Part shown: positions 61,405-64,000 of the stretch, in pieces
Layout: the number at the start of each line of letters is the position of its first letter
Position numbering within the stretch: the stretch's first letter is position 1
From: Octopus vulgaris
Taxonomy: Eukaryota
Reading direction: 5' to 3'
Assembly: GCA_951406725.2 (NCBI GenBank)
Contig: OX597816.1
Span: 180,792,001 to 180,856,000 of the forward strand
DNA length: 64,000 nt
Made by a program: the position numbers and the translations under genes
Notes under the pieces: model-generated
What the model was told of the DNA's origin: nothing
Seen by the model: the letters and a program-made list of their open reading frames with translations, nothing else
The model's database searches: none

Positions 61405-61680
61405 TGAAGATTGAACCACTTAATGAATCATTTTTAGTAAACTGTAATCCCATTCCCACTTTTTTTTTCCTTTTGTAATTAACTAAAAATCTGATTAATT
61501 GAATCAAAGAGAAATCCTAAATTTATATTTCAGATACACCAAAAAATGTGGAATATTTCCATTGATAAATCTATGCATAAACTTACACACAGAACACATA
61601 GATATACACATAAATATCATATATGTGTGTACACATATACATATATATATAAAATATACATAAACTCACATGCATATGCA

Positions 61681-61725
<45 letters not shown>

Positions 61726-62020
61726 ATTGTACAACATGAATGTTTGATGAATTGGGTGTATAATTTCATCTTCTCCTCTGTTTAAACCAGCCTTCTTTTG
61801 TCAATGATTTCTTCTGACATCTTAGATTATCAGTGAAGCTGCTGTGTTCCCACTACACCATGGACCATCAGAAATAACAGTGTGTGCCCCCATCACAAAT
61901 CTTCAGCAGAAGATGGCGAGTTTATTGAAATTTCTAAATATAATTTTTTTTAAATTCAATTTGTACTTTTGTAAATACAAAAACCAAACTATTATTATTA
62001 TCATTATTAATGTTGTTATG

Positions 62021-62055
<35 letters not shown>

Positions 62056-62679
62056 CGCAGAAAGAATTTGTAATTCATCTGCTGTATTTGTTGATTTTTC
62101 CAGTAAAATTTCTTAAAAATATTGAAACCATTTGATTGTGTTTCAATTTGGGGAGAAATTTTGATTTGAAGCTATATTTTATGCCATACAAATATTTTTT
62201 TCTCTATTATTTGATAAAACTGGGATAGTTTTATGACCTGAAATCATACTGGAAAAGGTTGAAAACTAAATTTGAAATTCAAACTGGAATTAAATTTCCA
62301 TTAAAAATAATTTTGCATGGGAATTTTAATTTCAATTTTTTTAAATTTTCAGTAGTTTTTATTTATTTCATTTCAATTCAAGACAGTTTCTGTTTTATGT
62401 TAGTATTTCAATTAAAAAATAGAATTGGAGAAATGGGTTTGAAATATTTCAGGTTCACATTTATTTTGAATATAAGATTTTATTCCTCAACACCTTATTT
62501 TTACATCTGCTGGAATAAGTGGTATGAGTATAATAATGTTTGTCTGTCATTGTCGACAATTACCAAAGACATCATGTGCGAGAAGAAGATAGATCAAAGT
62601 GTGACCAGCTGTAGCCAATCTGGTCATTGCATGCTCAGAAGGTTCTATTACAGGTCAGGTGCTAGTGGTCCACTGTGAA

Positions 62680-62970
62680 TGAAGGCAAAGAGTTGGGTCT
62701 GGACTTGTGAAGCTCACATTTTCTTTGTATTCCTGCAATCCTGTTCTGTTCTTAAGAGGTGGCACCTCTCTTGGTGCAGCTATGCCAAGCAAGGTGGTCC
62801 TGTACTTATATTTCCCAGGTGTCGGGATTGATCTGAAAGTACTTCAGTGAGCTTTTGAGTGTATCTTTGAAGAACTTTTCCGACTCACCTTGTGTATGCT
62901 TGCCTTCTGCCAATTCACTGTAAAAGTCTTTTGGGTAGTCATGTGTCAGGCATTCGAACAAGGCTAGTCA
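62680..62970 (-). mobile_element. RTE-BovB-like LINE fragment
   Basis: Reverse translation gives VRMPD..LPKRL..SELAEGK....KFFKDTLKSSL. Confidence 0.7.
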
Positions 62971-63612
62971 CAGCCTGAGTCAGTTCTTATTCAGAGTTAT
63001 TGCTCACCTAGATAGTTCAGCAAACCATATTTCATTTATACTGTTTAGTTTATGTCTGATAACTATGGTTGGATGCTTTTCCCTAATATCAACCTCTTTA
63101 CAAAATCTATTGGGCTCATTTTATTATGGCATCAACACTAGTGAAGCTGCCTTTTACTTCACAAAACAAATGCATACTCACTGCTGTGTGTTGTGTCTGT
63201 TTATTGAAGGTAATATAAACTGTGGTGCAGGGTGAAGAGAGGACAATTGTTGAGGGTGAAAGAAGTGAGGGTATGAAAGGAGAAACAGTGATTGTAGAAT
63301 CATCTTTCTTGGACTTTGAGTGACTATCAAGAAAACATTACCACAAATTTTTAGGGAAAGTATATTTGATTAGATTGACTTGATTGGAACTTGTTTTATT
63401 GACTCTGTGAAGAGAGTAGTTTGACAGATGAGATGAGTAAGGAGGGACAGTGCAAGAAGGAGTAATTAAGAGAGACACCAATGACAGCTACATGTTTTTC
63501 TGGTAACTGGGAAAGGGAGCATGAGTTCTTATTAGCTGTAGAAATTGTAAGGGACATAAACAAGGAATGATTTGGAGAAGAGGAAATATAAAACAATAAT
63601 AATATTAGCTGA

Positions 63613-63983
63613 CTAGCAGTATCGCCCGGCGTTGCTCAGGTTTGTAAGGGAAATAACTATAAAGCATTTTTAGAGAGTTATAGCCAAAAAATAGCAAAAA
63701 AATGGGGGTAAATTTTTTGAGAGTTAAAAAGGTTGAGTTGCGTCCCCTAGACCATCTGTGGTTTGTGTTTCTGATTGTCGACCCCATGTCGAATTTATCG
63801 ATCTTTTTCAGAACTGGGGGAACTTTTCAAAATTTTCGCTGCGTTAGTTTTGAATTATGACATTGGGCTATGTGTGTGTCAAGTTTCATCAGAATCGGTT
63901 GAAAGCCGTGGTCAGGGTGAGGGTACAACCTAACAGACACACAGACACGCACACAGACAAACTGCCGTTTATATAGAGAGAGA
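63613..63983 (-). mobile_element. Non-autonomous Helitron
   Basis: On the - strand: TC start at 63983, 3' hairpin and CTAG end at 63613; last ~80 bp nearly identical to 19680-19757. Confidence 0.85.
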
Positions 63984-64000
63984 TTAGGGACTGTGTGAGT

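Overview
AT-rich eukaryotic genomic DNA. The SINE, RTE-LINE and microsatellite landscape looks like a cephalopod (Octopus-like) genome; this is inferred from repeat appearance, not from a search. The right 60% of the window holds one complete + strand gene, a mitochondrial very-long-chain acyl-CoA dehydrogenase (ACADVL/VLCAD-like). I reconstructed 20 GT-AG coding exons by hand (23487-61404; 1902 nt, 633 aa + stop) with every intron phase consistent. The left 23 kb is mostly transposon debris: a decayed near-full-length RTE LINE with a PHD-like finger, a mariner interrupted by an RTE 3' end, Helitron-type non-autonomous elements, foldback elements and many tRNA-derived SINEs. The most notable non-obvious signals are two minimal type-I hammerhead ribozyme folds (4191-4249 and 10968-11038) of the kind carried by Penelope-like elements (PLEs). 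The first sits at the centre of a ~400-bp palindrome whose arm begins at the predicted cleavage site. A PLE GIY-YIG remnant lies nearby (13340-13670). A weakly supported spliced transcript may start on the - strand near 16.8 kb. Repeat boundaries are approximate unless a TSD or TIR is quoted.
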